The notes: generated from the letters alone by a model not told the origin. Numbered from the stretch's first letter, positions 37,481 through 47,512 are shown. The stretch is DNA of 64,000 nt from Candidatus Spongiisociaceae bacterium (GCA_965219685.1 CBDCOH010000002.1:3712001-3776000), one strand, 5' to 3'. Made by a program: numbers and translations.

Positions 37481-39232
37481 ATGTCGGATCAGGCTTCGTT
37501 GCGCCAGCCCTACTCACGGCGAGTTCACTCCTGGGCGGGCGTGGATCTCGAACGCAACGTCGAGATGCAGACCAGGGACGGTGTGACCTTGCGGAGCGAC
37601 ATCTACCGGCCGCTGGGCAAGGGTCCCTGGCCGGTGCTCATCCACCGCACCCCCTACGGCAAGGACTTCGTGCACGATGGTCACTACCTGCACCCGGGCT
37701 GGTACGTGCGGCACGGTTTCGTGGTGGTGGTGCAGGACGTGCGGGGCAGGTTCGGGTCGGACGGCGTATTCGTGCCGTACCTCAACGAACTGGAGGACGG
37801 CTACGACACGGTTGAGTGGGCGGCCGGCCTGGAGGGTTCCAACGGGCGGGTCGGCATGTACGGGGCCAGCTATCCCGGGATGGTGCAGTACCTGGCGGCG
37901 GTCGAGACTCCCCCGAGCCTGGGAGCGATCTCACCCACGGTGGCCGCGGCCGACCTCTACAGCCACTGGACCTACGAGGGAGGCGCCCTCCGCCTGTTCG
38001 TTCCCCACTGGACGGCTGGTCTCCTGATGGAGATCGGTGTGCGTCGAGGCGACCCGGCTCTGACAACTCGCGGCCGGGGTATTCGGGCAGTACCGGCGCA
38101 GGCGGGGGCCTGGCTGGGCTCGGCTGCGCCGGTCGATCTGGACCCACTGGAGCACGCCGAGTTCTACAGGGAGTGGCTCGAGCACCCCACCAACGACGAC
38201 TTCTGGAAGGAACGCAGCGCCCTTCACCGGATGGACTCGGTGCAGTGCGCCGTGCTGCACATCGGTGCGTGGTTCGACACCTTCCTCGAGGGCGCCTTGG
38301 TCGCCTACCACGAGTTGGCGGCCCGGGCGGACGGTCCCGAGCAGTGGCTGGTCCTCGGTCCGTGGGGACACCTCCCCGGCGGTGAGTGCATCGGGGACCT
38401 GATCCTGGGCCCGCAGGCCAGGGGCACGGTCCCCCTCGACCAACTCCAGGTCGACTTCTTCCATCGCCATCTCGACGGAGAGGCTCCGGAGACCGGTGAG
38501 AGCCGGGTCCGCTACTACGTGCTGTTCGAGAACCGCTGGCACGACGTCCCGTCCTGGCCCCCGCCCGGTGCCGAGACCACCCTTTACCTGCGCTCGGATG
38601 GGACGGCCAACACGGTGGGCGGCGACGGTCGTCTCGACGAGTCTCCCCCGGAGCAGCCGGAGCCGGCCGACCTGTACCACTTCGTCCCCCGGATCCCCGT
38701 GGCGGCGGCGGGCGGGCACACCTGCTGCGACGAGAACGCCATGCCCGCCGGCCCACGTAGCCAGCACTTCCTGGAGAGGCTGCCGGAGATCCTCGTCTAC
38801 TCGACCGAGCCCTTCACCGAGGAGGTCACCATCGCCGGTCCGGTCACCGCCCGTCTGTGGACGGCCACCGAGGCGGTCTCAGCCGACTACGTCACCCGGT
38901 TGTGCCTGGTCCACAACGGCCGGTCGCTCAACATCAGCGACGGGATAAGGCGGATGACGGCGGAAGATCTGGCCGATGCTCGGGACGAGGACGGGGTGGC
39001 CGAGGTGGAGATCCGGATGCAGTCCACCGCCGCGCTCATCCGCCCCGGCGACGAACTGCGCCTCCACGTCACCAGCGGCGCCTTCCCTGCCTTCGACATC
39101 AACCCCCAGACCGGGGATCTGCCCGCCATGACCCCGACCTGGGACGGGATAGCGGCGATGCACGGGATCTGCCACGAACCTGGACGGGAATCATCGGTAA
39201 CCTTCACGCTGCACCAAGGAGAGGGATCATGA
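37481..39232 (+). CDS. CocE/NonD family serine hydrolase
   Basis: RDGVTLRSDIYRP, RTPY, QDVRGR, GASYPG, GAWFD, GPWGH. Confidence 0.92.
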   Translation: MSDQASLRQPYSRRVHSWAGVDLERNVEMQTRDGVTLRSDIYRPLGKGPWPVLIHRTPYGKDFVHDGHYLHPGWYVRHGFVVVVQDVRGRFGSDGVFVPYLNELEDGYDTVEWAAGLEGSNGRVGMYGASYPGMVQYLAAVETPPSLGAISPTVAAADLYSHWTYEGGALRLFVPHWTAGLLMEIGVRRGDPALTTRGRGIRAVPAQAGAWLGSAAPVDLDPLEHAEFYREWLEHPTNDDFWKERSALHRMDSVQCAVLHIGAWFDTFLEGALVAYHELAARADGPEQWLVLGPWGHLPGGECIGDLILGPQARGTVPLDQLQVDFFHRHLDGEAPETGESRVRYYVLFENRWHDVPSWPPPGAETTLYLRSDGTANTVGGDGRLDESPPEQPEPADLYHFVPRIPVAAAGGHTCCDENAMPAGPRSQHFLERLPEILVYSTEPFTEEVTIAGPVTARLWTATEAVSADYVTRLCLVHNGRSLNISDGIRRMTAEDLADARDEDGVAEVEIRMQSTAALIRPGDELRLHVTSGAFPAFDINPQTGDLPAMTPTWDGIAAMHGICHEPGRESSVTFTLHQGEGS

Positions 39233-40347
39233 CGGCTAGCTCCTCGTTGAAGTCCGAGGTCGGGATCCACCTCGAGGGCATCACCAAGACCTTCGGTGAG
39301 GTGGTGGCGGTCGACGACGTCGACATCGTCATACGAGAAGGAGAGTTCTTCTCCTTGCTGGGGCCGAGCGGGTGCGGCAAGACGACCAGCCTGCGCATGA
39401 TCGCCGGCTTCGAGGTACCGGACGCGGGCCGGGTTCTGCTGCGCGACAAGGACGTGAGCGGTGACCTGCCCAGCAAGCGCAACGTCAACATGGTCTTCCA
39501 GCACTACGCGCTGTTCCCGCATATGAACGTCGAGGAGAACGTGATGTTCGGGCTGCGCGTGTCCGGCGTGAGGAAGAAGGAGCGCGTCAGGCGCGTAGCC
39601 GAGATACTCGAGATCGTTCGCCTGCCCGGTTTCCAGAAACGCAAGCCCTGGCAGTTGTCCGGGGGTCAGCAGCAGCGGGTGGCCCTGGCCCGGGCGCTCG
39701 TGAACCGTCCGTCGGCCCTGCTGCTCGACGAGCCGCTGGGCGCCCTCGACGTGAAGCTGCGCCGCGAGATGCAGTTGGAGTTGAAGGCCATCCAGCACGA
39801 GTTGGGCACCACCTTCGTCTACGTGACCCACGACCAGGAGGAAGCCCTCACCATGTCCGACCGCATCGCGGTCATGAACCTGGGCCGGGTCGAGCAGACC
39901 GGGACACCACGGGAGATCTACGAGAACCCGGGGTCCTCCTTCGTGGCCGGCTTCATCGGCTCCCTCAACGCCATGGACCTCACGGTGGAGCAGAGGCCGG
40001 AGGGAACCGGTGTCATGTCGGTCGGCGAAGGCCGGGTAATGGCTCGGGTGGGAGCTTCGGTCCACGTCGGAACCGCGGTCCGGGCAGCGGTCCGCCCCGA
40101 ACGCATAGCCCTCGGCCCGGCGAGCGCCCCCGTCCACCCCGAGGGGTCGGTGGTTTTCGGAACGGTCGAGGAAGTGATCTACCTAGGAGCCGTGAGCCTG
40201 TTCCACCTCGACATCCCGGGCCTGGGCCAGTTGGTGAGCCAGCGCATGTCCCACGAGGACGAGTCTGCTTTCCAAACCGGCGACCCGGTGTCGGCCTCCT
40301 GGGAACCTGCCCACACCCTCGTGCTTGAGGTGAACCCCGACGCCTGA
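39229..40347 (+). CDS. PotA-like ABC ATPase
   Basis: GPSGCGKTT, VFQHYALFPH, LSGGQQQR, LLDEPLGALD, TOBE-like tail. Confidence 0.92.
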   Translation: MTASSSLKSEVGIHLEGITKTFGEVVAVDDVDIVIREGEFFSLLGPSGCGKTTSLRMIAGFEVPDAGRVLLRDKDVSGDLPSKRNVNMVFQHYALFPHMNVEENVMFGLRVSGVRKKERVRRVAEILEIVRLPGFQKRKPWQLSGGQQQRVALARALVNRPSALLLDEPLGALDVKLRREMQLELKAIQHELGTTFVYVTHDQEEALTMSDRIAVMNLGRVEQTGTPREIYENPGSSFVAGFIGSLNAMDLTVEQRPEGTGVMSVGEGRVMARVGASVHVGTAVRAAVRPERIALGPASAPVHPEGSVVFGTVEEVIYLGAVSLFHLDIPGLGQLVSQRMSHEDESAFQTGDPVSASWEPAHTLVLEVNPDA

Positions 40348-40470
40348 CCACCGGTCGGTCCGGCGCCCTCTTCGTCCGGCGCCGATACGAGTTGCCAGAA
40401 CGATGCTTCCGGCTTGTCGGATGACCTGGCTTAGGCCAGAATCCGGACGATCTGTCTGGGGGTCGTGACA

Positions 40471-41439
40471 ATGGGACCGGAGAAGCGACCGGTAGTTGTA
40501 ATCGCCGAGGTGTTGGCGGCAAGTTGTGCGGACTATCTGCAGGAGAGTTGCGAGGTGGTGACGGCGGCGGGAGAGCCCCGAGACCGTCTCATCGAACTCC
40601 TCACGGACGCCGAAGGGCTGGTGGTTCGCAGCGGCACCCGGGTCGACGGGGAACTGATGGCGGCGGCTCCACGGTTGCGGGTCGTGGGTCGGGCCGGGGT
40701 CGGGGTGGACAACATCGACCTCGACGAGGCCACGCGGCGGGGGATCCTGGTGGTCAACGCTCCGCTGGCGAACAGCGTCTCGGCGGCTGAGCACGCCTTC
40801 GGGCTGATGCTGTCCGTGGCCCGCAACATCGCCCGGGGGGACGCCTCCATACGGTCGGGAAGGTGGGACCGGGCCAAGTTCCGGGGCGTGGAGCTGGATG
40901 GCAAGACCCTCGGCCTAGTGGGCCTGGGGAGGATCGGAACCCTCGTGGCCCAACGTGCCCTGGCCTTCGGCATGAAGGTCCTCGCCTACGATCCCTACAT
41001 CACCGCCGAGCAGGCCCGGGCCGCAGGCGGGGAGCTGAGGGATCTCGACTCGCTACTGGCAGACTCCGATTTCATCTCTCTCCACCTCCCGCGCACCCCG
41101 GAGACGGAGAACCTCCTGGGCAGGGAGGCCTTCGCGAAGGCCAAGCGGGGGATAAGGATCATCAATGCATCCCGGGGCGGGATCATCGACGAGGAAGCCC
41201 TCGTGGAGGCCATCCGGGATGGTCAGGTGGCCGGAGCGGCGCTGGATGTCTACGCCGAGGAGCCGATGACGTCCGGACCCCTCACCGAGATGCCCGAAGT
41301 GGTGCTCACGCCCCATCTGGGAGCCTCCACGGTGGAGGCCCAGAACAAGGCCGGTTTGCACGTTGCGGAGTCGGTAGTGGCCGGCCTCGCGGGTGAACAG
41401 GTGATGGCGGCCGTCAATAAGGTAGTCGGTAGTCGGTAG
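40471..41439 (+). CDS. serA: D-3-phosphoglycerate dehydrogenase, catalytic domains only
   Basis: GRAGVGVDNID, SAAEH, GLGRIG, INASRGG, TPHLGASTVEAQ; no ASB/ACT tail. Confidence 0.8.
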   Translation: MGPEKRPVVVIAEVLAASCADYLQESCEVVTAAGEPRDRLIELLTDAEGLVVRSGTRVDGELMAAAPRLRVVGRAGVGVDNIDLDEATRRGILVVNAPLANSVSAAEHAFGLMLSVARNIARGDASIRSGRWDRAKFRGVELDGKTLGLVGLGRIGTLVAQRALAFGMKVLAYDPYITAEQARAAGGELRDLDSLLADSDFISLHLPRTPETENLLGREAFAKAKRGIRIINASRGGIIDEEALVEAIRDGQVAGAALDVYAEEPMTSGPLTEMPEVVLTPHLGASTVEAQNKAGLHVAESVVAGLAGEQVMAAVNKVVGSR

Positions 41440-41504
41440 TCGGTAGTCGGTAGTCGGTAGTCGGTAGTCGGTAGTCGGTAGTCGGTAGTCGGTAGTCGGT
41501 AGTC
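41421..41504. repeat. Perfect (GGTAGTC)x12 tandem repeat
   Basis: Counted directly; supplies the serA stop codon. Confidence 0.95.
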
Positions 41505-41577
41505 AGCGGGATCAGGTACGACTAGGCTACCAAGCACTAACAACTATAGACTATTAACTAGAGCCTACGGATCAATT

Positions 41578-41611
41578 TGCATGAATATGCAGACACACGT
41601 ATGATCATGCA
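41578..41611 (+). promoter_or_regulatory. Tandem ARG boxes (ArgR operator)
   Basis: TGCATGAATATGCA and CGTATGATCATGCA with 20-bp periodicity, directly before argC. Confidence 0.8.
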
Positions 41612-41614
41612 GTC

Positions 41615-42634
41615 ATGGGAGTAGCCGCCGCCGTACTGGGGGCCTCCGGGTACGCCGGAGGCGAGTTGGTCAGGATCCTCGACGAGCATCCGTCGTTCGA
41701 GGTCGCCTATCTGGGCGCCTATACGCAGGCCGGTTCGACGCTCGGCGAGGTACATCCGCACCTGCCCGGGTCGGACCGGCTTCTGGAGCCTATAGATGTG
41801 GATCTGCTCACCGGTGCGGACGTGGTCTTCCTGGCTCTCCCGCACGGTGCGTCCTGGGAAGCGGGCCATCGGCTGGCGGAGGCCGGGGTGGCTGTCTTCG
41901 ATCTTGGAAGCGACTATCGGATGGACACCCCCCAGCGCTACGAGTTCGCCTACGGAGGGCTTCACCCGCTCCCTGACCAGCTGGGAGTCTGGGTGTACGG
42001 ACTTCCGGAGTTGTTCGGAGCCTCTCTCCCCGGAGCTGGAAGGGTGGCGGTACCCGGGTGTTACCCCACCTCGGCGCTGCTCGGTTTGGCGCCCATCGTG
42101 GCTGCCGGGCTCATCGAGGGCCCGATAGTGGTCGACTCGATGTCCGGTGTGACGGGAGCGGGCCGGGGGCTCAAGGCCGGTCTCACCTTCGGTGCGGTCG
42201 ACGAGAGCGTCAAGGCCTACGGTCTGGCCACCCATCGCCACCGGCCGGAGATCGAGATGGGCCTCGAGGCGTTCGCCGGAGGACCGGTGACCGTGCAGTT
42301 CACCCCTCACCTGGTCCCCATGCAGCGAGGAATACTCTCCACCTGCTCCGCCGACCTGGTAGAAGCCGGCAGGATCGGCGGCGCCCTACGGGACGCATAC
42401 GCCAAGTCACCCTTCGTCGATGTCCTGGACCAGCCACCCCAGACCCGCTGGGTGGTGGGATCCAACCGGGTTCTCATCCACGCCGTCGAGGATCACCACG
42501 CCGGCCGCGCGATCGTCACGGTTGCAATCGACAATCTCGGCAAGGGCGCTGCCGGCCAGGCTGTGCAATGCGCCAACCTGGCGCTGGGGTTCCCGGAGAC
42601 GGCCGGACTCACCACTGCCGGGTGGCTCCCGTGA
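41615..42634 (+). CDS. argC: N-acetyl-gamma-glutamyl-phosphate reductase
   Basis: GASGYAGGEL, ALPHG, PGCYPT, HRHRPEI, DNLGKGAAGQAVQ. Confidence 0.96.
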   Translation: MGVAAAVLGASGYAGGELVRILDEHPSFEVAYLGAYTQAGSTLGEVHPHLPGSDRLLEPIDVDLLTGADVVFLALPHGASWEAGHRLAEAGVAVFDLGSDYRMDTPQRYEFAYGGLHPLPDQLGVWVYGLPELFGASLPGAGRVAVPGCYPTSALLGLAPIVAAGLIEGPIVVDSMSGVTGAGRGLKAGLTFGAVDESVKAYGLATHRHRPEIEMGLEAFAGGPVTVQFTPHLVPMQRGILSTCSADLVEAGRIGGALRDAYAKSPFVDVLDQPPQTRWVVGSNRVLIHAVEDHHAGRAIVTVAIDNLGKGAAGQAVQCANLALGFPETAGLTTAGWLP

Positions 42635-43791
42635 GCGTCACCGCGGCCGGGGGTTTCATGGCCACCGGTCTTGCCTGCGGGGTGAAGCCATCCGATGTTC
42701 CCGACCTGGCGCTGATAACCACCTGGGCTCCGGTTCCCGCCGCGGCGGTGTTCACTACGTCCACGACCGCCGCGCCGGTGATCGAGATGGGGCGCCAAGC
42801 TCTGTCCGACGGTCGTCTGCAGGCGGTGCTGGTCGTTTCAGGGTGCGCCAATGCGGTGACCGGAGCCGCCGGGGCCGCCGCCGCCGAACGCGTCGTCAAG
42901 AAGGCAGCCGACCTGCTGGGGATAGACGAAGCGAACGTCCTGCTCTCGACGACCGGCCCGATCGGGAAGCTGCTGCCCGTACTCGAGGTCTACGAGGGGC
43001 TGGAGCGGGCGTTCCCGGCCCTGGGGGAAGGCTCGGATGACGGCAAGGCGGCTGCCTCGGGCATCCTCACCACCGACACGGTCACCAAGGAAGCAGTGGT
43101 GGAGGGGGAAGGCTACGTGGTCGGGGGCATGGCCAAGGGATCGGGCATGGTGCGACCCGACATGGCCACCATGCTGGCCTATCTCACCACGGACGCGGTG
43201 GTCCATCCCGAGGTGCTGCGGTCGTCGCTCCGGGAGGCGGTCGCACCGACCTTCAACAGCCTGAACATCGACGGCTGCCAGTCCACCAATGACACGGTTG
43301 TCGTGATGGCGTCCGGAGCGAGCGGCGTCGAGCCCGACCCGGAGTCCTTCACCGCTGACCTGACGGAAGCCTGCCGGAGTCTGGCAATGCAGATGATGCG
43401 GGACGCCGAGGGCGCATCCCGGGTGGTGACGCTGCGGATTGTGGGGGCGACCGACGATGCCGCAGCCCGGGAGATCGGCAAGGCGGTCGCCGACGCGGCA
43501 CGGGTACGGACATCGTTCTACAAGGAGGATCCCAACTGGGGAAGGTTGGCGGCTGCCGCCGGTGTCAGCGGCCATGAAGTGTCTCCCTTCCACATAGGCG
43601 TCCGCTACGGGCAGACGACGTTGGCCTGGCACGGGATACCCATGGCCCATAGCGTCGAAGGTGTCCGCAGGCAGATGGCCGGGGACTTCACCATCGAGAT
43701 GCGGGTGGGCCTGGGCCTCGGCAAGGCGACCATCCTGACCTGCGACTTGACGCCCGAGTATGCGGTCCTCGACGGTGGGATGCGGGTCTGA
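42631..43791 (+). CDS. argJ: Ornithine acetyltransferase / glutamate N-acetyltransferase
   Basis: SGCANA, ILTTDT, AKGSGMVRPDMATML, STNDT, DAEGA, PNWGR, TCDLT. Confidence 0.95.
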   Translation: MSVTAAGGFMATGLACGVKPSDVPDLALITTWAPVPAAAVFTTSTTAAPVIEMGRQALSDGRLQAVLVVSGCANAVTGAAGAAAAERVVKKAADLLGIDEANVLLSTTGPIGKLLPVLEVYEGLERAFPALGEGSDDGKAAASGILTTDTVTKEAVVEGEGYVVGGMAKGSGMVRPDMATMLAYLTTDAVVHPEVLRSSLREAVAPTFNSLNIDGCQSTNDTVVVMASGASGVEPDPESFTADLTEACRSLAMQMMRDAEGASRVVTLRIVGATDDAAAREIGKAVADAARVRTSFYKEDPNWGRLAAAAGVSGHEVSPFHIGVRYGQTTLAWHGIPMAHSVEGVRRQMAGDFTIEMRVGLGLGKATILTCDLTPEYAVLDGGMRV

Positions 43792-44696
43792 TGGTCACCG
43801 GTCACACGGCCCCGACCGTGCGCCGCTCTCGCATCGCCTCTGCCATGGCCAAGGCCAGGGTCCTCACCGAGGCCATGCCCTACATTCAGGCGTTTTCAGG
43901 GGAGACGGTCGTGATCAAGTACGGCGGATCCGCGATGGTCGACGACGATCTGCGTGCGAGCTTCGCCCGTGACATCGCCCTCCTGGTGCTGATGGGCCTC
44001 AGGCCGGTCGTGGTCCACGGAGGCGGACCACATATCACCCGGGCCATGGCCGACGCTGGTCTGGAGCCGCGGTGGGTGGACGGTCTGCGGGTGACGGACG
44101 AGGCGACGCTCGGGGTCGTGGTGGCGACGCTGGCAGGCGCGATCAATCCCGACATCGTTCGGCTTCTGCAGAGTCACGATACCCCTGCGGAAGGTTTCGG
44201 GAGCCTCGGCAGCGGCTTGTTCACCGCCAGCCAACGGCACCCCGACCTGGGCTTCGTGGGCCGGATCGAGCGGGTGAACGCGCATGGAATCAACGAGTTG
44301 CTAGACCAGAGCATCGTGCCGGTGGTGGCGCCCCTGGCGAGCGGCAAGGACGGGAGTGTCTACAACATCAACGCCGACACCGCCGCAGGCTCTCTGGCCC
44401 GGACGCTCGAGGCGCGCAAGCTCATTTACCTCACCGACGTCGAGGGTCTGTACCGGGATCTCGACGACGAGGACAGCCTTATCGAAGCCATGTTCCTAGG
44501 CGAACTGCGAGAGATACTGGGGAGCGGTAGTATCTCGGCCGGGATGTTTCCCAAGCTGGAGTCCTGCATCGAAGCGTTGGAGAACGGCGTTCCCCAGGCC
44601 CACATACTGGACGGACGGATCCAGCACGCGGTGCTGCTGGAGATTTTCACACCGGAAGGAATTGGAACGATGATCACACCGGGAGAGAAGTGGTGA
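43791..44696 (+). CDS. argB: Acetylglutamate kinase
   Basis: VIKYGGSAM, VHGGGP, GLRVTD, NINADT, GMFPK. Confidence 0.96.
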   Translation: MVTGHTAPTVRRSRIASAMAKARVLTEAMPYIQAFSGETVVIKYGGSAMVDDDLRASFARDIALLVLMGLRPVVVHGGGPHITRAMADAGLEPRWVDGLRVTDEATLGVVVATLAGAINPDIVRLLQSHDTPAEGFGSLGSGLFTASQRHPDLGFVGRIERVNAHGINELLDQSIVPVVAPLASGKDGSVYNINADTAAGSLARTLEARKLIYLTDVEGLYRDLDDEDSLIEAMFLGELREILGSGSISAGMFPKLESCIEALENGVPQAHILDGRIQHAVLLEIFTPEGIGTMITPGEKW

Positions 44697-45868
44697 CCCC
44701 GTCTCCGACCATCGCCGATCGGGAGGCCGCCGCCGTCCTCCAGACCTACGGGCGGGCGCCGGTCACGTTCGTACGTGGCGACGGCTGCCGGCTCTACGAC
44801 GAGGACGGGAAGGACTACCTGGACTGCCTCGCGGGGATAGCGGTGGTGTCGGTGGGCCACGCCAACGCGGCAGTGGCCGCGGCGGTGGCCCGGCAGATGA
44901 CCCGGTTGGTCCACACGTCGAATCTCTACTACACGGTTCCGCAGGTGGAGTTGGCCGAACGTCTCAAGGCTCTGTCGGGGCTGGACCGGGTCTTCTTCGC
45001 CAACTGCGGGGCCACCGCCAACGAGGCGGCTATCAAGCTGGCCCGCCGGTGGGGCCAGAAGCGGCGCGGCCACGACTGTTACGAGGTCATCTCGCTGATC
45101 GACTCCTTCCACGGCCGGACCCTGGCGGCGCTGGCGGCGACCGGCCAGCCCCACAAGCAGGAGGTCTTCGCTCCGCTCCCGCCCGGGTTCCCGCAGGTGC
45201 CGGCCGGTGACATCGACGCCATGGCCGATGCCGTTGGACCGCAGACCGCCGGAGTGTTGATCGAGACCACCCAGGGTGAGGGAGGGGTGGTTCCCCTGAA
45301 CCGGAGGTACCTCCAAGAGCTCAGGGCTCTCTGCGACGAGCGCGAGGTGCTGCTCATGTTCGACGATGTCCAGGCGGGAATCGGCCGCACCGGTTCGTGG
45401 TTCTCCTGGCAGCAGTTAGGTGTGGAGCCGGACATCGCGACGCTGGCCAAAGCTCTCGCCAACGGGCTTCCCATCGGTGCCTGCCTCTCCACGGAGCGGG
45501 CTGCAGCCTTCGACTACGGCGATCATGCCACCACGTTCGGAGGGGGGCCGGTGATCACGTCGGCCGCCCTCGCCGTTCTCGACGAGATCGAGAACCGTGA
45601 CCTGCTGGCCAACTGCCGGGAGCGAGGCGCACAGTTCGTGGAACGTCTCAAGGCAGTGGACGGCGTGATCGACGTACGCGGTCGGGGACTGCTGGTCGGA
45701 GCCGTGCTCGAATCGGACCGGGCCGCCGAGGTCACGCAGACCGCGATGGCCAACGGCCTGCTGGTCAACAACGTGGTGCCGGACACGGTCCGTTTCGCTC
45801 CGCCCCTGACCATCAGTCCCGACGAGGTAGACGAGGCGGTCTCCAAGTTCGAGGCATCCCTCGGGTAG
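44690..45868 (+). CDS. argD: Acetylornithine aminotransferase
   Basis: YLDCLAGIAV, SFHGRT, QGEGG, DDVQAGIGRTG, LAKALANG. Confidence 0.93.
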   Translation: MVTPSPTIADREAAAVLQTYGRAPVTFVRGDGCRLYDEDGKDYLDCLAGIAVVSVGHANAAVAAAVARQMTRLVHTSNLYYTVPQVELAERLKALSGLDRVFFANCGATANEAAIKLARRWGQKRRGHDCYEVISLIDSFHGRTLAALAATGQPHKQEVFAPLPPGFPQVPAGDIDAMADAVGPQTAGVLIETTQGEGGVVPLNRRYLQELRALCDEREVLLMFDDVQAGIGRTGSWFSWQQLGVEPDIATLAKALANGLPIGACLSTERAAAFDYGDHATTFGGGPVITSAALAVLDEIENRDLLANCRERGAQFVERLKAVDGVIDVRGRGLLVGAVLESDRAAEVTQTAMANGLLVNNVVPDTVRFAPPLTISPDEVDEAVSKFEASLG

Positions 45869-46061
45869 CCGACCCGGCTCATTTCCGATTTAGCCTTACC
45901 GGCCCCGTCCTCGGTGAGGCTCCGGGTTACCGGACCGCCCTCAGCAACTCTGTCCGCGGTGAGTATGTCGCCCGCTTCGGGTCAGGAGGGGCGATCGGTC
46001 GTCGGGCTGGATGAGCGCGCGGTATCTCACGGATCGCGACCCTCTACCGTTTACCAGATAG

Positions 46062-46520
46062 ATGAACCTGCCGCCGTTCCAGACGCTCGTCGACGAGCAC
46101 TCCCGTCCGCTCCATCGATTTCTGATCGGGATGGTGGGTCCGGTCGCGGCCGACGACTGCCTCCAGGAGACCCTGCTGGCCGCGCTTCGCTCCTACGGGC
46201 GCCTACGGCATGACCGGAACCTGAGAGGCTGGCTGTTCACGATCGCCCATCGCAAGGGAATCGACTACCTGCGAAAAAGCTCCAGGGAGCAGCCCTTCGC
46301 TTCCCCACCGGACCAAGCGTCGCAGCCTGAGCCGATACGCGACGCGGCACTTTGGGGCCGGGTGGCAGCGCTACCTGACAAACAGCGGGCCGCCGTGACC
46401 CTGCGCTATCTCGGCGACCTTGCATACGCGGATGTCGCAGCCGTGATGGCGATCAGCGAGCCCGCCGCCCGGCAGAACGTGCGTGCCGGCCTGTCCTCAC
46501 TCCGGAAGGAATACTCATGA
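46062..46520 (+). CDS. ECF RNA polymerase sigma factor
   Basis: DDCLQET, WLFTIAHRK, LPDKQRAAV..Y.DL.YADVA. Confidence 0.9.
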   Translation: MNLPPFQTLVDEHSRPLHRFLIGMVGPVAADDCLQETLLAALRSYGRLRHDRNLRGWLFTIAHRKGIDYLRKSSREQPFASPPDQASQPEPIRDAALWGRVAALPDKQRAAVTLRYLGDLAYADVAAVMAISEPAARQNVRAGLSSLRKEYS

Positions 46521-47119
46521 GCAACGTCGCCGAGAGGATCAGGAATCTGGAGTCCGCTTCGACGGAAGATGCCGTCAGGCGCTTCGCCAACCGAGCGTTC
46601 ACGGAAGGAGCGGCGCGAGTCGCCTTCGGCATGGTGCCCTCTCCGATAGGTGATCTGACAGCTCTGGTGACAGGCCATGGCCTCCTCGCCCTGGCCTTCG
46701 AGACGGACGACCTCGATGAGATCATGAGGTCGGTGGCGAGGAAGGTGTCCCCGGCCATCATCCGGTTGCCGTCGGCGGTCGGGCCGGTCCACTCCTGGGT
46801 GGATGCCTACTTCGGCGCCCGGCCCGTGCCCGAACTACCCCTCGATCGTTCTCTGATCACGCCCTTCCAGGACCGGGTCTTGGTAGCGACCGCCGGAATA
46901 CCGCCGGGCGAGGTCCGCACCTACGGGCAGGTGGCGGCGCTGGCCGGGAACTCGAAGGCGGCTCGGGCGACGGGGAGAGCGTTGGGGGCCAACCCGATCC
47001 CCATCGTGCTCCCCTGCCATCGCGTGGTAGCCGCTGACGGCAGCCTCCACGGTTATGCCGGCGGTCTCGACATCAAGAGACTGCTGCTCGACCATGAGCG
47101 GACAATATGTCCGGTCTGA
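46517..47119 (+). CDS. ogt: Methylated-DNA-protein-cysteine methyltransferase
   Basis: TYGQVA, NPIPIVLPCHRVV, GYAGG. Confidence 0.93.
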   Translation: MSNVAERIRNLESASTEDAVRRFANRAFTEGAARVAFGMVPSPIGDLTALVTGHGLLALAFETDDLDEIMRSVARKVSPAIIRLPSAVGPVHSWVDAYFGARPVPELPLDRSLITPFQDRVLVATAGIPPGEVRTYGQVAALAGNSKAARATGRALGANPIPIVLPCHRVVAADGSLHGYAGGLDIKRLLLDHERTICPV

Positions 47120-47445
47120 AGCTCCTATTCGATCAGAACCTATCTGCCGAGCTAAAGGACGAACTGCGAGATCTCTTTCCCGGGTCCCTCCACATTAGTG
47201 ACGTTGGACTCCTAAACGCCGACGACGAGGAGATCTGGGAATATGCCAGGAGTCGTGCATTTGCTACAGCTTCTACGGACTCCGACTTTCGTACACTGAG
47301 TTGCGAGCGTGGACATCCGCCTAAGGCCATTTGGATCCGGCCTGGCAACTTGAAGTCGCAGGAGATCGTACGGATCCTCCGTGAACGGCATCATGATCTG
47401 CTCGCATTCCATAAGAGCGAAGAAGGTCTTCTCGAACTGAGCTGA
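47107..47445 (+). CDS. DUF5615 PIN-like protein (toxin-like, no partner in window)
   Basis: LLFDQNLS, DDEEIWEYAR, DSDF, GHPPKAIWIR; more AT-rich than its neighbours. Confidence 0.82.
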   Translation: MSGLKLLFDQNLSAELKDELRDLFPGSLHISDVGLLNADDEEIWEYARSRAFATASTDSDFRTLSCERGHPPKAIWIRPGNLKSQEIVRILRERHHDLLAFHKSEEGLLELS

Positions 47446-47461
47446 GCTGTTGGCCTGTCGC

Positions 47462-47512
47462 GGCTACGCCGGAGGTCTCGACCGCACACGACTTCTTCTC
47501 GAACACGAGCGG
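47462..47512 (+). pseudogene. Diverged second copy of the ogt 3' end
   Basis: GYAGGLDRTRLLLEHER versus ogt GYAGGLDIKRLLLDHER (47051-47101). Confidence 0.75.

Noticed and set aside
41421-41504. Possible CRISPR array
   Set aside because: Pure 7-bp tandem repeat with no spacers and no cas genes.
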